This document shows, in pieces, positions 52,929 to 61,886 of a DNA stretch of 64,000 bases. The translations under genes were made by a program, and so were the position numbers. Numbering within the stretch: the first letter of the stretch is position 1; each line of letters begins with the position of its first letter. The notes beneath the pieces were generated by a model. The model ran no database searches. It saw nothing but the letters and a program-made list of their open reading frames with translations, and had not been told where the DNA came from. This DNA is from Chloroflexota bacterium (lineage in GTDB: Bacteria > Chloroflexota > Dehalococcoidia > SM23-28-2 > RBG-16-64-32), in assembly GCA_029262695.1 (NCBI GenBank), contig JAJCYV010000022.1, positions 190,886 through 254,885 of the forward strand, given 5' to 3'.

Positions 52929-54149
52929 ATGGCGCTGATCGTCCAGAAGTACGGCGGCACGTCCGTCGAAGGCGCCGAGCGGATCAAGGCCGTCGCCGAC
53001 CGCATCCTCGATCGCGTCAAGGGCGGCGACCGCCTCGTCGTCGTCGTCTCGGCGATGGGCCAGACGACCGACGAGCTGATCGCGCTCGCGGCGGAGATGA
53101 CCGACGAGCCGGAGGCGCGGGAGATGGACCTCCTGCTCTCGACCGGCGAGATCGTCACCTCGACTCTGCTGGCGATGGCGCTCAAGCACTCCGGCCAGCC
53201 GGCGCTGGCACTCTCCGGGGCGCAGGCCGGCATCGGCACAGACCGGGTGTACGGCCGCGCGCGCATCCTCAAGCTGGACCCGAAACGCGTGGTCCGCGAG
53301 CTGGACGCGGGCGCCGTCGTGATCGTCGCCGGGTTCCAGGGCATAACGGAGGAGATGGAGATCGCCACGCTGGGCCGCGGCGGCTCCGACACGACAGCCG
53401 TGGCGCTGGCGGCGGCGCTCAAGGCCGAGCGCTGCGAGATCTGCACCGACGTCGACGGCGTCTACACCGCCGACCCGCGCATCTGCCCGGAGGCCAGCAA
53501 GCTTTCCGAGGTCGGCTACGAGGAGATGCTGGAGATGGCGACGTGGGGCGCGCGCGTGATGCACAACCGCGCGATCGAGCTGGCGGCGCTCTACGACGTG
53601 CCGGTCTACGTGTCGTCCAGCTTCAACGACGAGCCGGGTACACTGATTCACGGAGGCGCAACGATGGAGAAGGCGAACAAGGTGATGGGCATCGCCCACG
53701 ACGAGGACGTGGCGCGGATCACGGTGCGCGGCGTGCCCGACCGGCCCGGCATCGCGGCGCACATCTTCGAGCCGCTGGGCGAAGGCGGCGTCAGCGTCGA
53801 CACGATCGTCCAGAACGCCAGCGTCGAACGCCTCACGGACCTCACGTTCACGGTCTCGCGGCCGCAGATGGACGAGGCGATGGCGATCATCAAGCCGATC
53901 GCCGCTGAGATCGGGGCGGCAGAGGTGATGGCGGACACGCACCTGGCGAAGGTGAGCATCATCGGCGCCGGAATGACGTCGGGGCCGGGTTACGCCGGGC
54001 GCATGTTCCGCACGCTGTTCGAGTCGAAGATCAACATCGAGCTGATCACGACGAGCGAGATCCGCATCACCTGCCTGATCGACGAGAAGGACGTGCCGAC
54101 GGCAGTCAAGGCGCTGCACGCGGCGTTCGAGTTGGCGGACGCGGCGTAG
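52929..54149 (+). CDS. lysC: Aspartate kinase
   Basis: VQKYGGTSV, VVSAMG.TTD, TLGRGGSDTT, two ACT domains; internal GGAGG-ATG at 53663 (possible beta subunit start). Confidence 0.93.
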   Translation: MALIVQKYGGTSVEGAERIKAVADRILDRVKGGDRLVVVVSAMGQTTDELIALAAEMTDEPEAREMDLLLSTGEIVTSTLLAMALKHSGQPALALSGAQAGIGTDRVYGRARILKLDPKRVVRELDAGAVVIVAGFQGITEEMEIATLGRGGSDTTAVALAAALKAERCEICTDVDGVYTADPRICPEASKLSEVGYEEMLEMATWGARVMHNRAIELAALYDVPVYVSSSFNDEPGTLIHGGATMEKANKVMGIAHDEDVARITVRGVPDRPGIAAHIFEPLGEGGVSVDTIVQNASVERLTDLTFTVSRPQMDEAMAIIKPIAAEIGAAEVMADTHLAKVSIIGAGMTSGPGYAGRMFRTLFESKINIELITTSEIRITCLIDEKDVPTAVKALHAAFELADAA

Positions 54150-54243
54150 GACATCGGGCGCCTGTGCCTAATTTCACAATCTGCTACAATTGCCCCGCTG
54201 TCCGACAGATCCGTAGGAAGCCCACCCACCACGGAGGCCCCGC

Positions 54244-55254
54244 ATGACCACCGCGACCAAGCCCCTGAACGGCCCCAGACTCTGGCTCCAGGCGCTTTAC
54301 ACGATCCCCCGCGTCGACCCGGCCGAGGTCGACCCGCTCAGCCGCTGGCTGATCCTGGGCCGCGTCTCCGTCGCCGTCATGAGCCTGATCTCGGCGATCA
54401 TCGGCGGCCTGCTCGCCCTCTACGACGACGAGTTCAGCATCGGCCTCGCGGTACTGCTTGCGCTCGGCCTGACGCTGGCGCACACCGGCAGCAACCTCGT
54501 CAACGACTTCTGGGACTACCGCAACGGGATCGACACACCGGACTCGCCGCGCGCCCGCTACGGGCCGCACCCGTTCATCGGCGAAAAGGAGAACACGCGC
54601 GAGTTCCTGCTCGTCACGGCCGTCGTCCTCGCCGCCGCAACGGCGATCGGCGTCTTCCTGACGATCACCGCAGGGCTCTGGGTGCTCGCGTTCGCACTGG
54701 GCGGCGCCTTCGTGCTGATGTTCTACTCCGGCGGCCCTCTGCCGCTCAAGTACTTCGGGATGGGCGAGGCCGCCGTCTTCGTCGTCTGGGGCCCGCTGAT
54801 GATCGGCGGCTCCTACTATGTGATGGCAGAGAGCCTGCCGGCCTGGGTGCTGCTGGCGTCGGTGCCGTACGGCCTCGGCGTGACGACGGTGCTCTTCGGC
54901 AAGCACCTCGACAAGCTCGGCTTCGACAGCGACAAAGGCATCCGCACGATGCCGATCGTCCTCGGCGAGAACCTCTCACGCAAGGTCACCGTCGTGCTCA
55001 GCGCCGGGATGTACGTCTCGGCGGCGGCGCTGGCCGTGTGGCAGGAGATGTGGGCGCTCGTGCTGGTGATCGGCGCGCTGCCGCTGCTCTGGCAGCTGTA
55101 CCAGTTCTACCGCGTTCCGAAGCCTGAGGAAGCGCCGAAGGGGTATCGCGGCTGGCCGCTCTGGTTCGTCGCCATCGCCTTCATCCACAACCGCCGCTTC
55201 GGGATGCTCTTCGTCGCCGGCCTAGCGCTCCAGCTGGCGATCAACGAACTCTAG
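54244..55254 (+). CDS. UbiA/MenA-family prenyltransferase
   Basis: NDFWDY..GID, PLKYFGMGE, D..KGIRT. Confidence 0.85.
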   Translation: MTTATKPLNGPRLWLQALYTIPRVDPAEVDPLSRWLILGRVSVAVMSLISAIIGGLLALYDDEFSIGLAVLLALGLTLAHTGSNLVNDFWDYRNGIDTPDSPRARYGPHPFIGEKENTREFLLVTAVVLAAATAIGVFLTITAGLWVLAFALGGAFVLMFYSGGPLPLKYFGMGEAAVFVVWGPLMIGGSYYVMAESLPAWVLLASVPYGLGVTTVLFGKHLDKLGFDSDKGIRTMPIVLGENLSRKVTVVLSAGMYVSAAALAVWQEMWALVLVIGALPLLWQLYQFYRVPKPEEAPKGYRGWPLWFVAIAFIHNRRFGMLFVAGLALQLAINEL

Positions 55255-55288
55255 CGCGACCGGATAAGTACCGCCAGGAGGTTCCGTC

Positions 55289-56143
55289 ATGTTCGCCCAG
55301 GACGTCCGCTTCGTCACCCTTCCCCAGGGCCGCATCGCCTACCGCGACAGCGGGGACGGCGACCCCCTTCTCTTCGTCCACGGCTGGCCCGTCTCATCCC
55401 TCACCTGGCGGAAGGTGATCCCGGCCCTGGAGCCCTCCTATCGCTGCATCGCCGTCGATCTCATGGGCATCGGCGAATCCCAGAAAGATCTCGACGGCGA
55501 CTTCTCGATGCCCGCCCAGGCCCGCATGCTCGCCGCCTTCCTTGACGCCCTCGAACTGCCCTCCGCGACGCTCATCGCCCACGACTCCGGCGCCACGATC
55601 GCCCGCATCCTCGCCGCCGACCAGCCGGGACGCTTCCCCCGCTTCATCCTCTTCGACACCGAGGTCCCCGGTCACGTGATCCGGTATTTCGTCTTCCTCC
55701 AGAAGGTCTTCAGGCTGCCGGGTGCGGCGCGCCTGTTCGGAACGCTCCTGCGCTCTCGCAACTTTCTTCGCTCTCGCCGCTTCGGTTTTGGCAACGCCGC
55801 CTACGATCACTCCGCCCTGGACCTCGACGAGCTGTTCGCCACCGCCACGGAGCCCATCCTGCGCTCCCGCGATCATCTGCGAGCCTCCATCAAGTTCTTC
55901 GTGGAGTTCGACTGGCACGTGGTCGACGCAATCCCCCACGACCGCCTCACCATGCCCAAGCTCGTCCTCTGGGGCGACCACGACGCCTTCTTCCCGTACG
56001 CCAGGGGCCGCCAGCTCTTCGAGATCCTCCCGGAGCCGAAATCGTTCTCCACCATCGCCGATTGCGGCGTCTTTCCCCACGAAGAGCGCCCGGCTGAGTG
56101 GCTGGCCGCCGTCCAGCCCTTCCTGGCGGGTACGCCGGCTTAG
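55289..56143 (+). CDS. Alpha/beta hydrolase (epoxide hydrolase/dehalogenase-like)
   Basis: HGWP, AHDSG nucleophile, WGDHD. Confidence 0.88.
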   Translation: MFAQDVRFVTLPQGRIAYRDSGDGDPLLFVHGWPVSSLTWRKVIPALEPSYRCIAVDLMGIGESQKDLDGDFSMPAQARMLAAFLDALELPSATLIAHDSGATIARILAADQPGRFPRFILFDTEVPGHVIRYFVFLQKVFRLPGAARLFGTLLRSRNFLRSRRFGFGNAAYDHSALDLDELFATATEPILRSRDHLRASIKFFVEFDWHVVDAIPHDRLTMPKLVLWGDHDAFFPYARGRQLFEILPEPKSFSTIADCGVFPHEERPAEWLAAVQPFLAGTPA

Positions 56144-56303
56144 GCGTCTGTTCTGCCAGCGGCCCCTTTTCGGCGTTCGGGAAGGGTACTCATCAACATA
56201 AAGCCGCTCAGCCGGGGCGCTCTCGGCAGCTTGTCGACAGGTTATACTCGGGCGGCGCACCCGTGAGAGTGTGCCCCAGCTCTCAATAGGAAGGCCCGCC
56301 CCA

Positions 56304-56537
56304 ATGGAATACCGCCATACCTACGCACGCGAACCGCGTATCACCCTGCCGTCCCTCCTGCTCCTCGCCGTCTTCATTTCGGCCGCCGCCTTCATCGTCT
56401 CGGCGATCGCCTGGCAGCCGTGGAACGAAGGCGACGCCGCCGTCACCTTGCCGCCGACTGATAACGCGGTGATCGTAGAGCCCGCATCCAACCCCGATAG
56501 CGAACTCGACGTCCTCGTCCAGCCGCCGGCCGAGTAG
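56304..56537 (+). CDS. Small single-TM protein
   Basis: ATG after AGGAAGG; hydrophobic helix then WQPW. Confidence 0.6.
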   Translation: MEYRHTYAREPRITLPSLLLLAVFISAAAFIVSAIAWQPWNEGDAAVTLPPTDNAVIVEPASNPDSELDVLVQPPAE

Positions 56538-56581
56538 CTCCCGACTGGAAGCGAGTTCGGCCCGCCACGTACAATGACGCC

Positions 56582-56923
56582 GTGGCCGACTGCTTGTTCT
56601 GCAAGATCATCGAGGGCGAGATACCGTCCGACAGGCTCTACGACGACGACCTTGTCGTCGTGATCCTCGACATCAGCCCGCGCGCGCCGCGGCATTTCCT
56701 GGTGCTGCCGCGGGAGCACATCGGCACCGCGAAGGACGTGCGGGGCGAGCACGGGCCGCTCCTCAGCCGCATGTTCATGGCGGCGTCCAGAGTAGCGGCG
56801 GACGAAGGCATCTCCGACAGCGGCTTCCGCATCGCCTTCAACGTCGGCGACGACGCCGGGATGACAGTGGACCACCTGCACATGCACGTCCTCGGCGGCC
56901 GCCAGCTCGGCCCCGAAGGCTAG
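56582..56923 (+). CDS. HIT family nucleotide-binding protein
   Basis: DCLFCKI, HLHMHVLGGR. Confidence 0.95.
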   Translation: MADCLFCKIIEGEIPSDRLYDDDLVVVILDISPRAPRHFLVLPREHIGTAKDVRGEHGPLLSRMFMAASRVAADEGISDSGFRIAFNVGDDAGMTVDHLHMHVLGGRQLGPEG

Positions 56924-57004
56924 GGCGACCAGCGCCGCCGCACGGCCAGCCCGCAATTCGGCGAAACGCACCTCGCTCCATGCCCCTCCACCGCCAGTCT
57001 CCTG

Positions 57005-57033
57005 TTGACTGAGTAGAACGCCTGTTCTATTAT
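57005..57033 (+). promoter_or_regulatory. Promoter P1 with LexA (SOS) box in spacer
   Basis: TTGACT-17 bp-TATTAT; AGAAC-GCCT-GTTCT at 57015-57028. Confidence 0.85.
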
Positions 57034-57083
57034 GGCTCCCTGCCCGCGTCTAGTTCGGGGGATCTCGCGAGGGGGAGGATGCG

Positions 57084-57440
57084 GTGGATGGGAGGAAGGT
57101 CGTGAGCATTTCCTGGCGCGCCGCCGCGGCGGCGCTGGACGCGGGAACCGCCGTCTTCGCCGCGGTCAACGTGGCGTACTTCGTCACACGCCTCGCCGGC
57201 GACGGCCCTGAAACGCCGGCGCGGCGTGCGGCCGTCCTGGCGCTCGCCGTCATCAGCCTCGGCGCCCTTGCCGAGGCCCTCGTGCTGCTAGCGTCGCTGG
57301 CGGCGAGCGACCCGGCGCCCCTCCTCTCGTCCCCGCAGTGGACGGCCGTTCGGGTGCTGGCCTGCGCCGGCGGCGGCGGCGTCTGCGCGCTCATCCTGCG
57401 CCGCCTCTCCGACGGCCCCACAGGACCGGAAGGAGATTAA
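57084..57440 (+). CDS. Three-TM membrane hypothetical protein
   Basis: Hydrophobic ORF; start 57084 or 57102. Confidence 0.65.
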   Translation: MDGRKVVSISWRAAAAALDAGTAVFAAVNVAYFVTRLAGDGPETPARRAAVLALAVISLGALAEALVLLASLAASDPAPLLSSPQWTAVRVLACAGGGGVCALILRRLSDGPTGPEGD

Positions 57441-57441
57441 C

Positions 57442-57624
57442 GTGACCGAGGCCGGGACCCTCCACCGCGCGATCGACGCTCGACAGTGGGAGACCGCCGC
57501 CCTCTGCCTTCTCGTCGCCGTCGCCGAGGCCGCCAACCGCCTGCCTCCACAGGCGCTGGAGGAGATGCTCGAGCTGCTGGCCGCAGAGACGGCGACGCAC
57601 CGTCAGCGCCGGAAGAGGCGCTAG
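57442..57624 (+). CDS. 60-aa hypothetical protein
   Basis: AAGGAG RBS; tightly coupled to both neighbours. Confidence 0.6.
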   Translation: MTEAGTLHRAIDARQWETAALCLLVAVAEAANRLPPQALEEMLELLAAETATHRQRRKRR

Positions 57625-57941
57625 TGGCGGCGCGAAAGGCCGCCGCCCGCGTCCGCGACTTCTACGCCACCGCCCTTACCGACGCCGAACGCCTGCAGCT
57701 GACGGACGCCCGCCGCGTCGACGGCCTGGATGAGGAGATCGCGCTCTTACGGGTGCGGCTGCGCTCGGCTCTCGAACAGCGGCCGCAGGACTTCGATCTC
57801 TTGCGCGATGGCATAGCGCTGCTCGTGCGCGCCGTCGCCACGCAGTACCGCCTCTCCCCAAAGGCCCGCAAGGACCTGGCGGACCGGATGGCGGCCGTCC
57901 TCAACAGCGTCGGCGACCAGATCCTGCCGGCGGACAGGTAG
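57624..57941 (+). CDS. Helical protein, possible small-terminase-like
   Basis: GTG overlaps upstream stop; FY...GLDEEIALLRVRL; lies upstream of the large terminase. Confidence 0.6.
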   Translation: MAARKAAARVRDFYATALTDAERLQLTDARRVDGLDEEIALLRVRLRSALEQRPQDFDLLRDGIALLVRAVATQYRLSPKARKDLADRMAAVLNSVGDQILPADR

Positions 57942-58055
57942 GAGACACGTGACAAGAGACAGGAGACAAGGGGGCGTACATCGTGCCACGCGATCCCTGT
58001 TCCCTGCTCCGCGTCCCTTTTTCGAACAAACGTCCTGTTCTTAACCATAAGCATA

Positions 58056-58084
58056 TTGACATGCTAGAACGCCCGTTCTATCCT
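58056..58084 (+). promoter_or_regulatory. Promoter P2 with LexA box in spacer, plus two flanking degenerate boxes
   Basis: TTGACA-17 bp-TATCCT; TAGAAC-GCCC-GTTCTA at 58065-58080; GAACAAACGTCC at 58024; GCACAGATGTTC at 58090. Confidence 0.85.
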
Positions 58085-58095
58085 GCTCCGCACAG

Positions 58096-58356
58096 ATGTT
58101 CGCAATGAGCCGCCCACTCGAACGAGCCCTTCAGCGCTTCCGCACTCCTCCGGCTGACGGGGACCCCGACGAGTCCGTAGGACGGGCGGACGTTGCCGGC
58201 CGCGTCTCGACTGCCGCCTTCCGGGCAGCGATCGAGGAGCGCATGCGCAACCTGGAACGCGACATGGGCGACATCAAGAACCGGGTGAACGGCCTCATCT
58301 TCCTGGTCGCGGGGACCGTCATCACACAACTGCTCGTGAGGGTGATGGCGTGGTGA
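58096..58356 (+). CDS. Small coiled-coil + C-terminal TM protein
   Basis: IEERMRNLERDMGDIKNRV then a hydrophobic tail. Confidence 0.65.
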   Translation: MFAMSRPLERALQRFRTPPADGDPDESVGRADVAGRVSTAAFRAAIEERMRNLERDMGDIKNRVNGLIFLVAGTVITQLLVRVMAW

Positions 58357-59735
58357 CGGCCCCGCTGCCCACGCTGCGCCCCTACCAGGCCGAGGCCGCA
58401 CGCGCCATCACCGAGTCGGTGCTCAGCGGGCGCGGCCTCACCTTCAGCGTCGTCATGGCCCGCCAGGCCGGCAAGAACGAACTCTCCGCGCAGATTGAGC
58501 TGTTTCTGCTCCTGAAGCACGCCCGCCGCCGCGTCGAGGGCATCAAGTGCGCCCCGACGTTTGCGCCGCAGTGCCAGCTGAGCCTGCGCCGCCTCTGGTC
58601 GCGCATCGGCCAGGCGGGACTCGACCAGATCGCCTCTCGCGAAGAAGGCCGCGCCGTCCGCCTCGGCCGCGCCCGCGTCGCCTTCCTCTCCGCCGAGCCG
58701 GGCGCCAACGTCGTCGGTCACACGGCCGGCCTGATGCTGGAGGTAGACGAGGCACAGGACATCGACCCCGATAAGTTCGATCGCGACTTCCGCCCGATGG
58801 CCGCACCCGCCGGCGCGACGATCGTCTACTACGGCACGCCGTGGGACGAGTCGACGCTGCTGGAACGCGCCGCCCATCAGCACGTGGACCTCGAAAAGCG
58901 TGACGGCGTCCGGCGCCATTTCACAGCCGATTGGACGGCCGTCGCCCGGCACAATCCGGCCTACGGACGCTTCGTTGAGGCGGAGCGCGAGCGACTGGGC
59001 GAGGACCACCCGCTCTTCCGCACGCAGTACGCCCTGCGACCGGTGGCCGGGAGTGGCCGCCTCCTCTCCGCCACCCAGCGCGCGCAGCTGCAAGGCCGCC
59101 ACGCACGACAGCACACAGCAAGCTACGGCGACACATACGTCGCGGGACTCGACATCGGCGGTCAGGACTTCGGTTCGGGCCGCGATAACGACCGCACCGT
59201 GGTCACCATCGCCCGCGTTGTCCCGCCTGAAGCGGGCGCGACCGTCCCCGAGCCGCGGCTCGAAGTCGTCGAGCACGTGGCGGAGGCCGGCGCCCCGCAC
59301 GACGCGTTGATCGCCCGCCTCTCAGACCTCCTCGGCGAGGTCTGGCGCGTCAGTCGTGTGACCGTCGACGCGACGGGCGTCGGGGAGACGATCGCGACGT
59401 TGCTGGCGCGCCGCCTGGGCGAAGACGTCGTCCGGCCGCTGCGCTTTTCGGCGGAGGCGAAGTCGCGCCTGGGCTTCGGCCTGCTCGCGGCGGTCAACGG
59501 CGGCCGCCTCAAATGCTACGCCGCCGACGGTTCGGCGGAATACGCCGCCTTCTCTCACGAAGTCGCACTGGCGCGCGTCGCCTATCGGCCGGGCGGCCGG
59601 ATGAGCTTCCATGTCGACGCCGCCGACGGACACGACGACTATCTGGTGAGCCTGGCGCTCGCCGTAGAAGCCGGACGCGTCGGGCTGCCACAGCCGCGCG
59701 TCGCCCGGGGTCGCGCCCCGGTCCTGAGCAGGTAA
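58350..59735 (+). CDS. Phage-type terminase large subunit
   Basis: LRPYQ, Walker A ARQAGKNE, Walker B LEVDEAQD, GTPW, nuclease AGLDIGG, VDATGVG, HDDY. Confidence 0.88.
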   Translation: MVTAPLPTLRPYQAEAARAITESVLSGRGLTFSVVMARQAGKNELSAQIELFLLLKHARRRVEGIKCAPTFAPQCQLSLRRLWSRIGQAGLDQIASREEGRAVRLGRARVAFLSAEPGANVVGHTAGLMLEVDEAQDIDPDKFDRDFRPMAAPAGATIVYYGTPWDESTLLERAAHQHVDLEKRDGVRRHFTADWTAVARHNPAYGRFVEAERERLGEDHPLFRTQYALRPVAGSGRLLSATQRAQLQGRHARQHTASYGDTYVAGLDIGGQDFGSGRDNDRTVVTIARVVPPEAGATVPEPRLEVVEHVAEAGAPHDALIARLSDLLGEVWRVSRVTVDATGVGETIATLLARRLGEDVVRPLRFSAEAKSRLGFGLLAAVNGGRLKCYAADGSAEYAAFSHEVALARVAYRPGGRMSFHVDAADGHDDYLVSLALAVEAGRVGLPQPRVARGRAPVLSR

Positions 59736-59756
59736 GAGCACGTAAGGAGGAGAGCG

Positions 59757-60158
59757 ATGAGCACAGCAGTGATGACGGGAACGAAGTCGGAGCAGCTCCG
59801 GCTACCGATGTCCGGCGCGGCCAGTCCACGGGTCCGCTCCGACGCCCTGCCGGAGTTCACACGATACCGGGACAGCGGCTGCGACGTGAGCCCGAACTGC
59901 CTCGCCTGCCCGCTGCCTCGCTGCCGCTACGAGGAGCCGGGAGGCCTGCGGGCGCTCCTCAACAAGACGCGCGACGAGCAGATCGTGACGCAGCGCGCGA
60001 CCGGCGTGCCGGTGGCCGAAATTGCCACGCGCTTCGGCGTCTCCCGGCGCACCGTCTTTCGCGTCCTCGGCAACCGGGCGCGGCAGCCGATACCGATCCG
60101 CCAGAGAGATGAGGCCCCGACGAACGGCCAATCGAGAAGGGAGGCGCACTGTGCGTAA
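59757..60158 (+). CDS. Cys4 motif + HTH DNA-binding protein
   Basis: GC....CLAC....C then VAEIATRFGVSRRTVFRVL. Confidence 0.8.
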   Translation: MSTAVMTGTKSEQLRLPMSGAASPRVRSDALPEFTRYRDSGCDVSPNCLACPLPRCRYEEPGGLRALLNKTRDEQIVTQRATGVPVAEIATRFGVSRRTVFRVLGNRARQPIPIRQRDEAPTNGQSRREAHCA

Positions 60159-60243
60159 CATGCTCACGGCAACGCTCCACACCGCCGGATACCTGGCGCT
60201 CACGAGCACCGCGATCTGGATGCTCTTCCGTTTCGCGCCATAG
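60151..60243 (+). CDS. 30-aa hydrophobic peptide MRNMLTATLHTAGYLALTSTAIWMLFRFAP
   Basis: GGAGG RBS, GTG start, overlaps upstream stop. Confidence 0.45.
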   Translation: MRNMLTATLHTAGYLALTSTAIWMLFRFAP

Positions 60244-60316
60244 CCGCGGACCCCGACGGGTCCGTAGGACGAGCGGAGGTTGCCCGGGGAGGCCGGGCAG
60301 AAGGGAGGAGGAGGAA

Positions 60317-61681
60317 ATGGTAATAGCAACGACGCCGACGCGCGCCGACGTGCCGCTGCCGCAACAGCTGAGAGCGCTGGACAGCGAGCGGATGCGCGCC
60401 TATCGCGGGAACCTGGAGTTCTACGAGGGGCGCCAGTGGGCGGAGTCCCAGCGGCGACGCGAGCGCCGGCTCTCGTTCAATTACGCCCGTACGATCATCG
60501 AGAAGACCGCCTCGTACACGATGTCCGGCCTGACCTCCGTCAGCGACCCGGCAGACGGCTCGCCGGAGGCAGCGGAGGCGGCGCGGCGAGCCGAGCAGGC
60601 GTTGCGCGACGTCTACGACGCCAACGCGCTCGACCAGCTGGACTTCGACAACGAGATCGACTGCTCCGTGCTCGGCGACGCCGCCTACAAAGTGACGTGG
60701 GACGCCGCCGAAGAGCGCGTTCGCGTCTCGGCGCCCGACGTCCAGGGGCTGTACGCCTGGTGGCTCGCCGACGATCCCTCGCGGGTCTGGCGCGTCGCCT
60801 CGCGCTACACGCTGGCCGGCGATGAGTCGGCGGCGCTCTTTGACGTCCCGGCGTCTACGGCCGCCGAGCGCAGCGTGGTTGAGGTCTGGACGAACGACAC
60901 GTTCGAGCTGTGGTTCGACGGTGCCCTCGCCGAGGCGGCGGACAACCCGTACGGCTTCATCCCGTACGTTATCTACCCGAACATCCGCGAGCCGAAGAAG
61001 TTCTGGGGCGTCTCCGACCTCGTCGCCGTAAAGGAGCCGCTACGCGAGCTGAACCGCGCGCTGACGCAGCTCTCGACGATCCTCGAGATGTCGGGGAACC
61101 CGATCGCGGTGCTGGAGAACGTGACCGAAGCGCAGGACATCGCCGTCCAGCCGGGCGCGGTCTGGGAGATCCCGGAGAAGGCTCGTGCTTACCTGCTTGA
61201 CCTGCTGCAGGGCGGCGGCGCCAGCCTGCACGTCGAGTACGCCAACCTCGTCCTGCGCACGCTGCACGACCTAGCGGAGGTGCCGCGCAGCGCCTTCGGG
61301 GACAACCGCCAGGCGCTCTCTGGCGTGGCCCTCCAGCTCGAACTAGACCCGCTGCTCAAGAAGGTAGCCCGCAAGCGCCTGATCCGCGGCGCCGCCTTTC
61401 GCAGGCGCAACGAGATGGTGCTGCGGATCCTGGAGGGACAGAGCGGCGAGAGCTTCGCGCCGTACCGCAGCCGCATCGCCTGGGGGCCCGTTCTGCCGCA
61501 GGACCGCTCGCGGCTGGTCGAGGACGAGACGCGGCTCGTGGCCTCCGGCATCCACTCGCGGCGCACGGCCGCGGGCCTGCTCAACGTCGCGGACCCTGAC
61601 GGTGAGTGGGCGCGCTGGCTCAGCGAAGAGTCGGCGTCCCCTGCCGGTCCGCTGGCGGGCGAGAACGGCGGTGAGCGATGA
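60317..61681 (+). CDS. Phage portal protein (SPP1 gp6-like)
   Basis: FYEG.Q, N.ARTII, LGDA, NPYGFIPYV..PN, G.SDL, SGVAL; strong RBS. Confidence 0.85.
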   Translation: MVIATTPTRADVPLPQQLRALDSERMRAYRGNLEFYEGRQWAESQRRRERRLSFNYARTIIEKTASYTMSGLTSVSDPADGSPEAAEAARRAEQALRDVYDANALDQLDFDNEIDCSVLGDAAYKVTWDAAEERVRVSAPDVQGLYAWWLADDPSRVWRVASRYTLAGDESAALFDVPASTAAERSVVEVWTNDTFELWFDGALAEAADNPYGFIPYVIYPNIREPKKFWGVSDLVAVKEPLRELNRALTQLSTILEMSGNPIAVLENVTEAQDIAVQPGAVWEIPEKARAYLLDLLQGGGASLHVEYANLVLRTLHDLAEVPRSAFGDNRQALSGVALQLELDPLLKKVARKRLIRGAAFRRRNEMVLRILEGQSGESFAPYRSRIAWGPVLPQDRSRLVEDETRLVASGIHSRRTAAGLLNVADPDGEWARWLSEESASPAGPLAGENGGER

Positions 61682-61884
61682 CCGGCGAACCGCTGGGGCT
61701 GCCGCGGGGAAGCGTGCGCGCCGTGATGTCGGTCGCGGTCGTGCTGGTCGCCGCTGCGATCGCCGCCGTGCTGCTCACACGCGAGCCGTCGTCCGACCTG
61801 ACGAAGATGGTCGTCGGCGGCTGGGCCACGGCGCTGGGGAACGTAATCGGGTTCTACTTCGGAGCGCGCAGCACCGCTGAGTGA
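61678..61884 (+). CDS. Two-TM holin-like small protein
   Basis: PLGLPRGSVRA...VIGFYFG; ATGA coupling to portal. Confidence 0.6.
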   Translation: MTGEPLGLPRGSVRAVMSVAVVLVAAAIAAVLLTREPSSDLTKMVVGGWATALGNVIGFYFGARSTAE

Positions 61885-61886
61885 CG

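Noticed and set aside
57942-57970. GAGACA(A/G) heptamer-like repeats
   Set aside because: Three to four degenerate copies; ordinary short intergenic repeat with no supportable function
57005-61884. Complete prophage
   Set aside because: No integrase, att sites, replication, capsid or tail genes in the window; host genes flank both sides
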